Below, one piece after another: positions 18,651-29,334 of a DNA stretch of 64,000 nt. The position numbers and the translations under genes are program-made. The first letter of the stretch is position 1; every line of letters starts with the position of its first letter. This DNA is from Planctomycetota bacterium (GTDB lineage: Bacteria > Planctomycetota > UBA8108 > SXIK01). The stretch covers positions 6,848,001-6,912,000 of the forward strand of contig CBDCXR010000004.1 in assembly GCA_965223845.1 (NCBI GenBank), given 5' to 3'. The notes below the pieces were generated by a model. That model saw only the letters and a program-made list of their open reading frames with translations, was not told where the DNA came from and did not search any database.

Positions 18651-20162
18651 GTGAAGTTATCCCGCGTCCGAGTCGCTTTCCAGGTGGGACTCCACGCCGT
18701 CCTCATCGGGCACGTCGTGGCGTACTACTGGCTCGATTGGCGGTCGGTCGGGGCGCTCGATTTTCAGTCGTTCTTTCGGCACTTTCTCGGCGAGGGGCTC
18801 ATTACGGTCGGGGCGCTGCTCGCCATCCTCGTTTATCTCAGTGCGGCGGTCTTCGGTCGGCTCTTCTGCAGCTGGGGATGCCACTTCGGGGCGACGCAGG
18901 ACTTCGCCGCGTGGGTGCTCAGGCGCTGCGGGTGGCGGCCGCCTCTCGTCCGGACTCGATTCCTCCACTGGTCGCCGGTGGTCTTCCTCGCCGTCATCTT
19001 CGGCGCGCCGCTCGTTCGGCGCTGGGCCGTCGCAGACTGGTCGCCGCGCTGGGATCTGGCCGCGATCGGACCTTGGGACACACTTCCAGGCGTAGCGCTT
19101 TCGGTCGCGACCTTCGCCGTTTGCGGCGCCGCGGTGCTGCTCTTCCTCGGCACGCGCGGCTTTTGCCGTTTCGTCTGCCCTTACGGGGCGGTGTTCCGGG
19201 CGACGGATTGGCTCGCGCCGTTTCGCGTTCGGAAAGTGAGCGAATGCGGGGGCGACGCACGCGGCTGCTCGCCGGACGCGACCCCGCCTTGCACGATGGC
19301 TTGTCCGACCGCGATCGATGTTCACCGCGAGACGACGGCGCGCGGCGAGGTGACGAGCGTCGACTGCGTGCGCTGCAATCTTTGCATCGAAGCCTGTCCG
19401 CAGAGCGCCCTTGCGTACTCGGCCCGCCGGCAGCCGGCGGAAACTCCCGTCGATCTTCCGCGTGCGACCCCGACCTTACCCCTTTGGGGCGAAGTGGTCG
19501 TCGCGGCGGTCGCGGCGGTCACGTACGTCGCCGTCGACCTGGTTTACGGGGGGCACTTTCTCGCTGCCGTGCTCGCGCTCGGGGAGGGCTGGCTCGCGTT
19601 CGTCGTCCTCGCCGGGATCGCGGGAAGAGAGGACACGCGAGTCTTCGGTCGCGAGCTCCGGCGGACGAGCGCCGCCGGGAAGCGCCGCTGGACCGGCTCG
19701 GGCGTCGTCGCGGCGGGAGCGTTCCTCCTCTCGACCGTCCCGATCTTCGAAGCGGGCGCGTTCAAAACGCTGCGCTGGCTCGCGCTTCGCGACGACCCGG
19801 CGGGCGCCTCCGCGCTACGTCCAAGTGCGGAGGCTCCGAGCGATCCGGCGACGCGACGGCGGCTCGAGCGCGCCGCGAATCGCTACGCGCGTGCGCTCGA
19901 GTACTTCCCGGGCCACTCGGAAACGCGCCGACTCCTTCTCGGGGTGTACGTCCGGCTCCATGACCGCCGGGCCGTGGGTCTCGCGGAAGCGCTCGATCGG
20001 GACGCGAGCGGAACGGATCCGGGCGCGCGCGAAATCTTGCGCTGGGTTTACCGCCACTTCGGCGAGTCGGAGAAGGCGGCGGCACTGCCGAATCCCGCCT
20101 CGGGCGGCCGAGGCGACGTGCTCCCCGACCCGCCCTCCGGGATCGACTCGCCCCCGAAGTGA
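18651..20162 (+). CDS. Membrane 4Fe-4S binding protein (NapH/RdxA-like) with C-terminal TPR-like helix pair
   Basis: GRLFCSWGCH, RGFCRFVCPYG, C...CTMACP, DCVRCNLCIEACP; several TMs. Confidence 0.85.
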   Translation: MKLSRVRVAFQVGLHAVLIGHVVAYYWLDWRSVGALDFQSFFRHFLGEGLITVGALLAILVYLSAAVFGRLFCSWGCHFGATQDFAAWVLRRCGWRPPLVRTRFLHWSPVVFLAVIFGAPLVRRWAVADWSPRWDLAAIGPWDTLPGVALSVATFAVCGAAVLLFLGTRGFCRFVCPYGAVFRATDWLAPFRVRKVSECGGDARGCSPDATPPCTMACPTAIDVHRETTARGEVTSVDCVRCNLCIEACPQSALAYSARRQPAETPVDLPRATPTLPLWGEVVVAAVAAVTYVAVDLVYGGHFLAAVLALGEGWLAFVVLAGIAGREDTRVFGRELRRTSAAGKRRWTGSGVVAAGAFLLSTVPIFEAGAFKTLRWLALRDDPAGASALRPSAEAPSDPATRRRLERAANRYARALEYFPGHSETRRLLLGVYVRLHDRRAVGLAEALDRDASGTDPGAREILRWVYRHFGESEKAAALPNPASGGRGDVLPDPPSGIDSPPK

Positions 20163-20217
20163 GCGGTCTGGCGGCCCGGCGAGGGGAAAATCGAATACCC
20201 TCGCACCGCGCGAGCGC

Positions 20218-20223
20218 TACAAT
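20218..20223 (+). promoter_or_regulatory. Putative -10 box (TACAAT)
   Basis: TACAATACC about 85 nt upstream of the GTG at 20309. Confidence 0.4.
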
Positions 20224-20308
20224 ACCCTGTTCGTCGCGCCGGCCGGGGTCGATCCGGTTGGCGCTTTTCCTAAGTTGATTGGGCGTAGAGCTTAAGGGGA
20301 CTCGGGCC

Positions 20309-21292
20309 GTGGCTGTCGACAGCGTACTTCGGGACGTCTCGCGCGTCTTCTTCGCCCTCTGCGCGCTCTTCCTTCCGATCGAACACGTGTTGGGGGAGGA
20401 CGCGCCGCCGCTCGAGAAGCTCATCGAGCTCAACGCCGCCGAGCTGTTCGGCGGAAACGTCGAGGTCAAGGAGGGGCGGCTCATCATCCGGTATCCCGGC
20501 GCCGGCCTGTTCGCCCAGGGCTTCGCCGTACGATCTAAGGGAACAGGGCAGATCGTTTCGGATCAGGGCGCCATCAAGGGCGTCACGATGCGGAACCAGC
20601 TCATCAAGGGGGCGGAGAAGCAGTTTTCGTTCGCCGGGCTGAAGTCCGGCAGCGCCGAATCTCGGTTCCAGCTCGGTGACGACTTCAAGATCACGTTCGG
20701 TCTGAAGATCCCGAACCTTGCGAAGAACGCCTCACTCAATTTTTTCTTCAGCCGTAAAGGAAGCAGGGAGTTCATTCAGTCCCGTTTTTTGGCGGATCTC
20801 TACGCCGTCAATAAGGGAAAGAAGCGCCGCGCCCGTCCCACCGACCGGCGCTACCTCGGTCCCGCCGCCGCGTGGTTCGACACCGCCGCGGAAGCCGGGG
20901 TGAAATACGAGATCCGCCTCAAGGACCGAAATCTCACGATCGCCAAGTTCGCCGGCAAGGAGAAGGAGACCGTCGTCTCCCTCGAAGACCTACCCGGGGA
21001 TCTCGGTGGGCGGATCGGGTTCAGTTTCGATCGCGTCACGTTCATGGTGCGGGATTTCGTCGTCGAGACGTCGATCCCACGCGAGTGGGCGGAAACGGCG
21101 ATCGCAGATCTACGCCGCGGCGGCAAGCTGAAGCTTGCGAAGGAAAGCCCGGCGCCCAAGAAGGAATCCAGCAAGAAGGAAGGTCCTCAGGTCGCGAAGG
21201 GCGGCGCTGAGACCGACACGACGAAGGACTGGGACAAGCTGGTCGAGGTCGACATTGACAAGCCGGACCCCGAGGCCGACGAAGATCTGTAG
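20309..21292 (+). CDS. Hypothetical exported protein, Lys-rich beta domain with acidic tail
   Basis: GTG preceded by TAAGGGGA; signal-like N-terminus; typical codon usage; no recognised family. Confidence 0.7.
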   Translation: MAVDSVLRDVSRVFFALCALFLPIEHVLGEDAPPLEKLIELNAAELFGGNVEVKEGRLIIRYPGAGLFAQGFAVRSKGTGQIVSDQGAIKGVTMRNQLIKGAEKQFSFAGLKSGSAESRFQLGDDFKITFGLKIPNLAKNASLNFFFSRKGSREFIQSRFLADLYAVNKGKKRRARPTDRRYLGPAAAWFDTAAEAGVKYEIRLKDRNLTIAKFAGKEKETVVSLEDLPGDLGGRIGFSFDRVTFMVRDFVVETSIPREWAETAIADLRRGGKLKLAKESPAPKKESSKKEGPQVAKGGAETDTTKDWDKLVEVDIDKPDPEADEDL

Positions 21293-21645
21293 GACGAGTG
21301 GGGACAGGCGGACCATCCGCCCGGACGAACACGCCCCGCACTCGTGCTCCGTGCCTCGAGTGATCCCGCGCGGCGCCGATTCGGCGTGCGGGACGACGAA
21401 CGGTCGCATCCCGGCAGCGGGACGACCCCACCCCGGCGAGACCTCGCGTGCAGCGTCGAGCCCCGACGGACCCGGCCGAGCGGCCGGCCTCAGGGTGCGC
21501 GTGACCGACTCCTCCATCGCTTCGCCGATGGGCCTGCGCGGCCTTGCCGCGGAGACTCCGGACACGCTCGCCGAGCGATGCGCCCCCATCGTGGCGCGTC
21601 GGATTCGACCGCACGCCTCGACCCGTCCCTCAGAAGACGGACACT

Positions 21646-23514
21646 ATGAGTTCAGAGACTACCGAAAAGAGCTTCGCGGATTTCCGCCTGTCCGAGCCGG
21701 TGCTCCAGGCGATTCGCGAAATGGGCATCCACACTCCCACCCCGATTCAGCGGCTCTGCATCGATCCGATCGCGGACGGTAAGGACGTCGTCGGCAAGGC
21801 CGAGACCGGGACCGGAAAGACGCTCGGATTCTCGGCGCCGCTGATCGACAAGATCGATCCCGAACGCGTCTCGCCGCAGGCTTTGGTACTGACCCCGACG
21901 CGGGAGCTCGCGCAGCAAGTCGCGGGGGTCCTCGAAGTGCTGGGGGAGAGCCGAGGTCTCCGCGTCGCTACGGTCGTCGGCGGTATCCACGCGAGCGAGC
22001 AGCTTCTTCGACTCCGGACGGGCTGCCAGATCGTCGTCGGCACGCCCGGTCGCGTGCTCGACTTCTTGCGAGAGCGCCAGCTTTCGCTCGCATGGTGCGA
22101 GACGGTCATCCTCGACGAAGCCGACCGGATGCTCGACATGGGCTTCATCGACGACGTGACCGCCATCGTCGAACGGACGCCGAAGGAGCGCCAAACGCTT
22201 CTCTTCTCCGCCACCATCCCGCCCGAGGTCAATCGACTGCTGAAGCGATTCATGAAGAACCCAGAAGTGTATTCGACGGTTTCGGGAAGTACGACCGCGC
22301 GTGAAATCGAGCAGAAGTACGCCGAGGTGCGGTTTCCGCAGAAGTTCAAGGCGCTCGCGAAGTTGCTCGACGAGTACGACGAGGGGCCGGTGATCGTCTT
22401 TTGCAACACTCGGCGTCAGACGATCGACCTCGATCGAATGTTGTGGGGAAACGGTTACAGCGCCGGCGCGCTCCACGGCGATCAGGAGCAGGAGCAGCGC
22501 TTCAAGATCCTCGAAGCGTTCCGCACGGGCGAGATTCGCATCCTCGTGTGCACGGACGTCGCGTCCCGAGGTCTCGACATCGACGACGTGGCGCTCGTCG
22601 TCAACTACGAGATTCCGGACGACGAGGACTCGTACGTCCATCGCGTCGGACGAACCGGGCGCGCGAACAAGACTGGAGTCGCGATCTCCCTCGTCTCCGA
22701 CCGCGAGCGGATGAGCTGGAGTCGCATCCAGCGGAGCGTCGACGCGGAGATGGAGTGCATCGCGAAGGCGCCGCGTGGGCGCGATCGCGATCGCGGTCGC
22801 GGTGAGCGCGATTCCCGCTCCCGGCGAGATCGCGGAGGTCGGGATCGCCGGGGCGGACGTGATCGCGGTCGCGGCGATCGGGGCGGTCGCGAGCGCGGGG
22901 AGCGGGGTGAGCGCGGTGAGCGAAGCGAACGCGCCGGGGGGAGAGCGCCGCGCCGCCGCTCCGGCGGCTCCGCCCGGCCCGCGGGCGGCGAGCGCCGCGA
23001 AGAGGCGAACGGGGGCGGGGCGAGCGACAACGCGTTCGGAGTCGGGCTCGGCGAAGCGAGCGACGCGGGTCGGACGCGAGAGCGCCCGCCGCGACCGACG
23101 ATCGACAAGAAGCAGCTCAAGCGGATCGACGAGATCGACGACGATTTCGTCAAGACCGACTACTTCGATATCGACGAGGGCGTCATCGCCCGCGCCGAGC
23201 CCAGTGCGCCCGCGCGCACGAAGAACGAGCGAAGATCGCGCTCCGGCGGCGACGATCGGGACGCCGACGGCGCTCGGCGGAAACGCCGGCGGCGAGGGGG
23301 CCGGTCGCGTCCGCGCTCCGAGTCCGGAGGCGAAGGGCGATCGAGCTCCAGTTCGGCCTCCGGCTCCGGGCGACCCGCGAACCGGGCTTCCGGCGAATCC
23401 GGTGGGTCGGCTGAGGCGCGCGCCGGATCCGACGCGGCCGACGGACGGCGTCCGCGCCGCCGCCGCAGTCGCCGGCGGCGCTCGGAGTCCGCATCGTCTT
23501 CCGACGGCGATTGA
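21646..23514 (+). CDS. DEAD-box RNA helicase with long Arg/Gly/Ser-rich C-terminal tail
   Basis: Q motif PTPIQ, AETGTGKT, PTRELA, TPGR, DEAD, SAT, HRVGRTGR. Confidence 0.96.
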   Translation: MSSETTEKSFADFRLSEPVLQAIREMGIHTPTPIQRLCIDPIADGKDVVGKAETGTGKTLGFSAPLIDKIDPERVSPQALVLTPTRELAQQVAGVLEVLGESRGLRVATVVGGIHASEQLLRLRTGCQIVVGTPGRVLDFLRERQLSLAWCETVILDEADRMLDMGFIDDVTAIVERTPKERQTLLFSATIPPEVNRLLKRFMKNPEVYSTVSGSTTAREIEQKYAEVRFPQKFKALAKLLDEYDEGPVIVFCNTRRQTIDLDRMLWGNGYSAGALHGDQEQEQRFKILEAFRTGEIRILVCTDVASRGLDIDDVALVVNYEIPDDEDSYVHRVGRTGRANKTGVAISLVSDRERMSWSRIQRSVDAEMECIAKAPRGRDRDRGRGERDSRSRRDRGGRDRRGGRDRGRGDRGGRERGERGERGERSERAGGRAPRRRSGGSARPAGGERREEANGGGASDNAFGVGLGEASDAGRTRERPPRPTIDKKQLKRIDEIDDDFVKTDYFDIDEGVIARAEPSAPARTKNERRSRSGGDDRDADGARRKRRRRGGRSRPRSESGGEGRSSSSSASGSGRPANRASGESGGSAEARAGSDAADGRRPRRRRSRRRRSESASSSDGD

Positions 23515-23651
23515 CCTGCTCGCGGGTCGCCGGACGGAGTTCACTCGGACATCACAGAATCTTCATTTCCGGCTGCTACAGATCGAACCAAGAGCCGGCG
23601 TTCGCCGTGCCACTTTCGATCTCAATCGCTAGGCAGGAATCGAATCCCAAC

Positions 23652-24338
23652 ATGTCCGTCGCCACCGTGCTTGTCGTCGAGGACGAACGAGATCTCGCGG
23701 ACGTCATTGAGTACAACTTCAAGCGAGATGGATTCAACGTCTTCTCCGCATCGAACGGCGAGAAGGGACTCGACCTCGCACGCGAAAAGCGGCCGAACGT
23801 CGTCCTTCTCGATCTGATGCTCCCGGGGCTCGACGGGATCGAGGTCGCGAAGCGACTGCGACTCGACCCGGAGACGCGAGACATCGCGATCATCATGCTC
23901 ACCGCGAAGGGAGAGGAGAGCGATGTCGTCGTCGGGCTCGAGGTCGGCGCGGACGACTACGTCACCAAGCCGTTCCGCATGAAGGAGCTCATCGCGCGCG
24001 TGAAGGCCGTGCTCCGGCGTGGTCACGTCGAGGACGACGTACCCGCGGGAAAACGGATCGAGCGCGGTGACCTCGTGCTCGATACTGCGAAGTACCAGGC
24101 GATCGTCGCCGGCGAGGAGCTTCCCCTCACGCTGACCGAGTTCAAGCTGATCGCCGCACTCGCGTCGGCGCCGGGACGAGTGTTCACGCGCGATCTGCTT
24201 CTGCGAAAGATCCAGGGGGACGTCTGGGTCGACGAGCGGAACATCGACGTGCACGTGCGGGCGATTCGAAAGAAGCTCGGTGACAAGAAAGACCTGATCG
24301 TCACGGTCCGCGGAGTCGGCTACAAGTTCAAAGAGTAG
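23652..24338 (+). CDS. OmpR/PhoB-family response regulator
   Basis: VLVVEDE, LLDLMLPG, MLTAK, GADDYVTKPF, winged helix LTLTEF...IDVHVRAIRKKL...TVRGVGY. Confidence 0.95.
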   Translation: MSVATVLVVEDERDLADVIEYNFKRDGFNVFSASNGEKGLDLAREKRPNVVLLDLMLPGLDGIEVAKRLRLDPETRDIAIIMLTAKGEESDVVVGLEVGADDYVTKPFRMKELIARVKAVLRRGHVEDDVPAGKRIERGDLVLDTAKYQAIVAGEELPLTLTEFKLIAALASAPGRVFTRDLLLRKIQGDVWVDERNIDVHVRAIRKKLGDKKDLIVTVRGVGYKFKE

Positions 24339-24360
24339 CGAGCACTCTTCGCTGGCCCGA

Positions 24361-25152
24361 TCAGTTCTCCTGCGGAGTCGGGAGCCGAAACGACTCCGAC
24401 ACCTTGCGCGCGCGGACGAATACTTTGCGGTGGCAGAGGAGCTCGCTCGACGCCGCAAAGCCCGACAGCTCGCGCTGGAGCTCCGGCGATGCGATCGGCT
24501 TTCGTTCGGCCTTCTGCCGCTTTCGCCGGCGCTTCCTGTCGCTCCAGCGAACGAGGACGCCGGTGAGCGGCCGCACGAACGGGTAGAGAACGGTCGACGC
24601 CGTGCTCCGTTTGAGCCCGCGGAGAGCGATTTCGTCGAACTGCGCGAGGCGAAGCAGATAACGGATCTGGAAGAAGGGCAGCGTAAACGCGTGGCCGTGG
24701 TAGAAGCGCTCGCCGTCGCCGCCCCAGATCGTCGTCTCCTCGTTCGGAAACCCGCTGTGGAAGCTCTTCATGCCCGTGAGGAGGTAGCTCAGCCGGCTGC
24801 TGAGATCCATGAAGTTCGGAGTCGTGATCCAGACGTACCCGCCTTCGCGAAGGACGCGCGAGCACTCACGGATGAAGCGAGGAAGGTTCTCGAGGTGCTC
24901 GACTCCCTCCTGGCACACGACGTGATCGAAGGCGCCGTCCGGAAAGGGGAGCGGCTCGTTCATGTCGGCGGGGACGGATTCGTGTCCCGGCCACTCGAGA
25001 CACTCGGGGAAGAGGTCAGCGCTCGTCACATCGCAGCCGACCTCGTCGAGCGCCCGGCTGAGCCGGCCCGCACCGGCGGGGAGATCGAGCACCCGGTCGC
25101 CGCCGTGCCGAGCGATCTCGTCACGCAAGAGGTCCGTGGTCGCCGTCGACAC
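24361..25152 (-). CDS. Class I SAM-dependent methyltransferase
   Basis: VLDLPAGAG, PLPFPDGAFD, EGVEHL, RVLREGG..ITTPN. Confidence 0.9.
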   Translation of the reverse strand: MSTATTDLLRDEIARHGGDRVLDLPAGAGRLSRALDEVGCDVTSADLFPECLEWPGHESVPADMNEPLPFPDGAFDHVVCQEGVEHLENLPRFIRECSRVLREGGYVWITTPNFMDLSSRLSYLLTGMKSFHSGFPNEETTIWGGDGERFYHGHAFTLPFFQIRYLLRLAQFDEIALRGLKRSTASTVLYPFVRPLTGVLVRWSDRKRRRKRQKAERKPIASPELQRELSGFAASSELLCHRKVFVRARKVSESFRLPTPQEN

Positions 25153-25174
25153 TTCGAGAGTCCTCCGGGCCAGT

Positions 25175-26500
25175 CTACTCGTGCGGCCAGTCGCGAATCT
25201 GCGCCGAGAGGCGCTCGACGACTCGCGGGCGCGCGCGGCTGAGATTCATCTCCTCGCGCGGATCGGCCGCGACGTGGAAGAGCTCCGGATCGGACTTCGA
25301 TGCTCCGCCGGCAGGCACGACGAGCTTCCACGGTCCTTCGAGGCACCAGCGGAAGAGGACGTTCTTCGCCGGCGTGTGGATGTCGACCGCGTTGTGCCGG
25401 TAGATCGCCCCGTAGATGCGCCGGCGCGCCGCGAGGCGTTCAGCATCGCGAAGGTCGACTCCCGGCATCGTCCGCGGGACGGCCACTCCGCACGCGGAGA
25501 GGATCGTCGGTGCGAGGTCGATCGCGCTCACGGGAGTTTCGTCCACTCTCGGCTCGACGCGACCGGGCCACCGGACCATCACCGGAGTGCGGAGTCCGCC
25601 GTCGTACGGGCTCCGCTTCGACCGCGGCGCATAGCGCTGGGCGTCGCGGCGGTTGATCCAGCCGTTGTCGGTGATGAAGACGACGAGAGTGTTCTCCGCG
25701 AGTTTCTTCCGTTCGAGGTAGTCGAGGAGCTCGCCGCAGGTCTCGTCGAACCACTCGCACATCGCCCAGTAGCGGGCGATGTGGATCGAGCCCGTCCGGC
25801 CGCGATACTTCTCGAGGAGACGCTTAGGTGGATTGTGTGGCGTGTGCGGGAGGAACGGCGCGTACCAGATGAAGAACGGACTCTCGCCCGAAGCGTCGAT
25901 GAAGTCGAAGATCGGTTTCATCCCCTTCCGGCCGATGTCGAGGCCATCGTCGCCGTGGCGTCCACCGCGCTTCGGATCGCCGTGGGTCATTCCCGCCGTG
26001 AATCCGCCGCGCCGGTACGATCCGTGCCACCACTTGCCGGTCTGAAGGCTGACGTAGCCGCGCTCGCCGAGGAGCCGCGGGAGCGTAGGGACGGCTTCGA
26101 TGTAATCGTCCATGCGCTCGCACTCGGCCTGGTAGCCGGGGTCGCGATACACCGCTCCGCCGCGGAGTCCGGGAGGAGCCGGCGGTTCGTTCCCGGTGAT
26201 CTTGTGCTGATAGGGATAGAGCCCGGTGATGATGGTCGCGAGGGACGGACAGCAGAGGCTCGTCGTTACGTAACCGCGAGGGAAGGTGAGACTCTGCGCG
26301 GCGAGTCGATCGAGACGCGGCGTCTCGATGTGTGGATGGCCCATGAAGCCGAAGTCGGACCACGCTTGATCATCTGAAATGATGACGACGACGTTCGGCG
26401 GGCGGGGGTCTTGGGCGTCGACCGCGCGCGGAATGCACGCGAGGAAGAGCGCGAGCGCGATGGGAGAGGACGGGCGGGCGGAGCGAGAGTTTCGAGTCAC
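25175..26500 (-). CDS. Formylglycine-type (S1) sulfatase, exported
   Basis: PNVVVIISDD, TPRLDRLA, LCCPSLATIITG, GKW, PHTPH, TDNG, K.SPYDGGLRTP, DPREEMNL; signal peptide. Confidence 0.92.
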   Translation of the reverse strand: MTRNSRSARPSSPIALALFLACIPRAVDAQDPRPPNVVVIISDDQAWSDFGFMGHPHIETPRLDRLAAQSLTFPRGYVTTSLCCPSLATIITGLYPYQHKITGNEPPAPPGLRGGAVYRDPGYQAECERMDDYIEAVPTLPRLLGERGYVSLQTGKWWHGSYRRGGFTAGMTHGDPKRGGRHGDDGLDIGRKGMKPIFDFIDASGESPFFIWYAPFLPHTPHNPPKRLLEKYRGRTGSIHIARYWAMCEWFDETCGELLDYLERKKLAENTLVVFITDNGWINRRDAQRYAPRSKRSPYDGGLRTPVMVRWPGRVEPRVDETPVSAIDLAPTILSACGVAVPRTMPGVDLRDAERLAARRRIYGAIYRHNAVDIHTPAKNVLFRWCLEGPWKLVVPAGGASKSDPELFHVAADPREEMNLSRARPRVVERLSAQIRDWPHE

Positions 26501-26699
26501 GGTTCCACTAAGAAAGAAGGGAGGCGGCGGAGTCGTTCAGACTCGTCGGGACAAGATACTGGAACCCAGCGCGAGCGGCCAGTCCGGCGTTCGTCGGCCG
26601 AAGCGGACGCGCTCGGAGATTTGCGCGACGGTCGTGACCTGAGCCGAGTCCGAACGGAACCGTCGTTCGGAGCACTTCGGCCGTCCGAAGCGCTCTCCC

Positions 26700-27683
26700 T
26701 CACTTGGGCCTAAATTTCTTAAACACGCGCGTGGGCTTTCCCGACTCCATTTTTTGCGCATGCTTCAGCGCGGACTCTCCGTTCGCCGCCGCGAAATCCC
26801 CGTTCGCCGCGAACACCGTTCGTTGCGCGGCTTCGGCTACGAGAGAAGCGTAGTTCTCCTCTCCGCAGTGGCAGCTCATGAGAACGATCTTGCCGCTCGT
26901 TCGCAGTATGTCGCCCACCTTTCCCCAAAACCGGATCCCGGCCGCGACGAGTTCAGCGCGCTCGGTGCACGCGGTACCCTTTTTCACTCGCCACGGCTGA
27001 TTACCGGTTCCGTTTCGATCGAGATTCGGACCGTCGCAGATGCCGGCGTGGCTGATCACCATGACGGTTTTTACGCCCGAATGATCATCCCAGGAGAATG
27101 CCCCGCCGCGGTCGCGCTCCAACGTGACGCCGATCGGAGCGCGACTCGGAGCGGTCGCCTTAAGCACCACCGCCCGGTTCTTGTACAGCTCGAGCTTCAG
27201 TTTCCGAGCGACGGCGAGAAACGACCGGTGTGCGTGTCCTTGGTTCGGCACGATGAGTATGGCGTCGGTGCGGGTCGATGTCTTCTTTCGCGGTCGGTCC
27301 CGTGGCGGAGGAGCAGAACGACTCCGCACTAGAATGAGGACTTGCCGGTCACCGACCCGAACCGGACCGCTGCTTCGCTTCGTGACCGGAGCTCCTCGGC
27401 GAATCTTGGCGACCTCGGCGGTCGATGCTCCGAGCTGCACCAGTCGAGTCCGTAGCTCGTCGAGTACGGAGTGCGCACGCTTGTTGGCGTGCGTCTCGAG
27501 ATTGCGCGTGCCGACGGCGTGACCGATGACGTCGATTCTCGTCGTCACGCTGAGAGCGGGCACCTCGTGATCCCCCGATAGGAGGCGCTCCGCGATTCTT
27601 CGGATGGTTTGCTTCTGGCTCGGCGTTAAGCCGTGCTGAGCGAACCCGAAACCCGTAATCGAGAATTCCACAACGGCCGACAT
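26700..27683 (-). CDS. Hypothetical protein: OmpA_C-like domain plus DUF4347/caspase-fold-like His-Cys domain
   Basis: FGFAQHGLT..., IDVIGH, KRAHSV...L, DRQVLI; then VMVISHAG...KIVLMSCHCG...LVAEAAQRTVFAA. RBS AGGGGGGA before the ATG; AT-richer codons than neighbours. Confidence 0.65.
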   Translation of the reverse strand: MSAVVEFSITGFGFAQHGLTPSQKQTIRRIAERLLSGDHEVPALSVTTRIDVIGHAVGTRNLETHANKRAHSVLDELRTRLVQLGASTAEVAKIRRGAPVTKRSSGPVRVGDRQVLILVRSRSAPPPRDRPRKKTSTRTDAILIVPNQGHAHRSFLAVARKLKLELYKNRAVVLKATAPSRAPIGVTLERDRGGAFSWDDHSGVKTVMVISHAGICDGPNLDRNGTGNQPWRVKKGTACTERAELVAAGIRFWGKVGDILRTSGKIVLMSCHCGEENYASLVAEAAQRTVFAANGDFAAANGESALKHAQKMESGKPTRVFKKFRPK

Positions 27684-27775
27684 GTCTGTCCCCCCTGGTC
27701 GCCCCGAGTCGAGTTGCTAATCCCCACAACACAAGCATCAAGGATTCCGCACTCACCGCCCGATTCCCAGGAGTT

Positions 27776-27855
27776 TCTTTCCGCGAAGCGGAATCCAGTG
27801 GCGCCGCCCCCGCCCCGAACGAGACTCGGTTCGAGGTCTCGCCCTCGCGGAAAGA
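27776..27855. repeat. 80-bp element bounded by a perfect 11-bp inverted repeat
   Basis: TCTTTCCGCGA (27776-27786) / TCGCGGAAAGA (27845-27855), with an inner GAGAC...GTCTC hairpin, just downstream of asnS. Confidence 0.6.
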
Positions 27856-27873
27856 CGATTCGACCGCGTCGCG

Positions 27874-29268
<1,395 letters not shown>

Positions 29269-29328
29269 GGGTCGGATGGCGGCGGTGCTTGAACGGTTCG
29301 GTGGTATCGGATCGACGCTTGGGGGGAG

Positions 29329-29334
29329 ATTCTA
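29329..29334 (-). promoter_or_regulatory. Putative -10 box (TAGAAT) of asnS
   Basis: TAGAAT on the minus strand about 60 nt upstream of the ATG. Confidence 0.45.

Noticed and set aside
21294-21345. Hairpin after 20309..21292 (and a similar one at about 46654-46690) as terminators or a REP family
   Set aside because: No U-tract and no shared sequence between them; could be chance in GC-rich DNA.
26500-26700. Integron attC site next to the orphan gene
   Set aside because: No RYYYAAC...GTTRRRY core sites and no integrase in the window.
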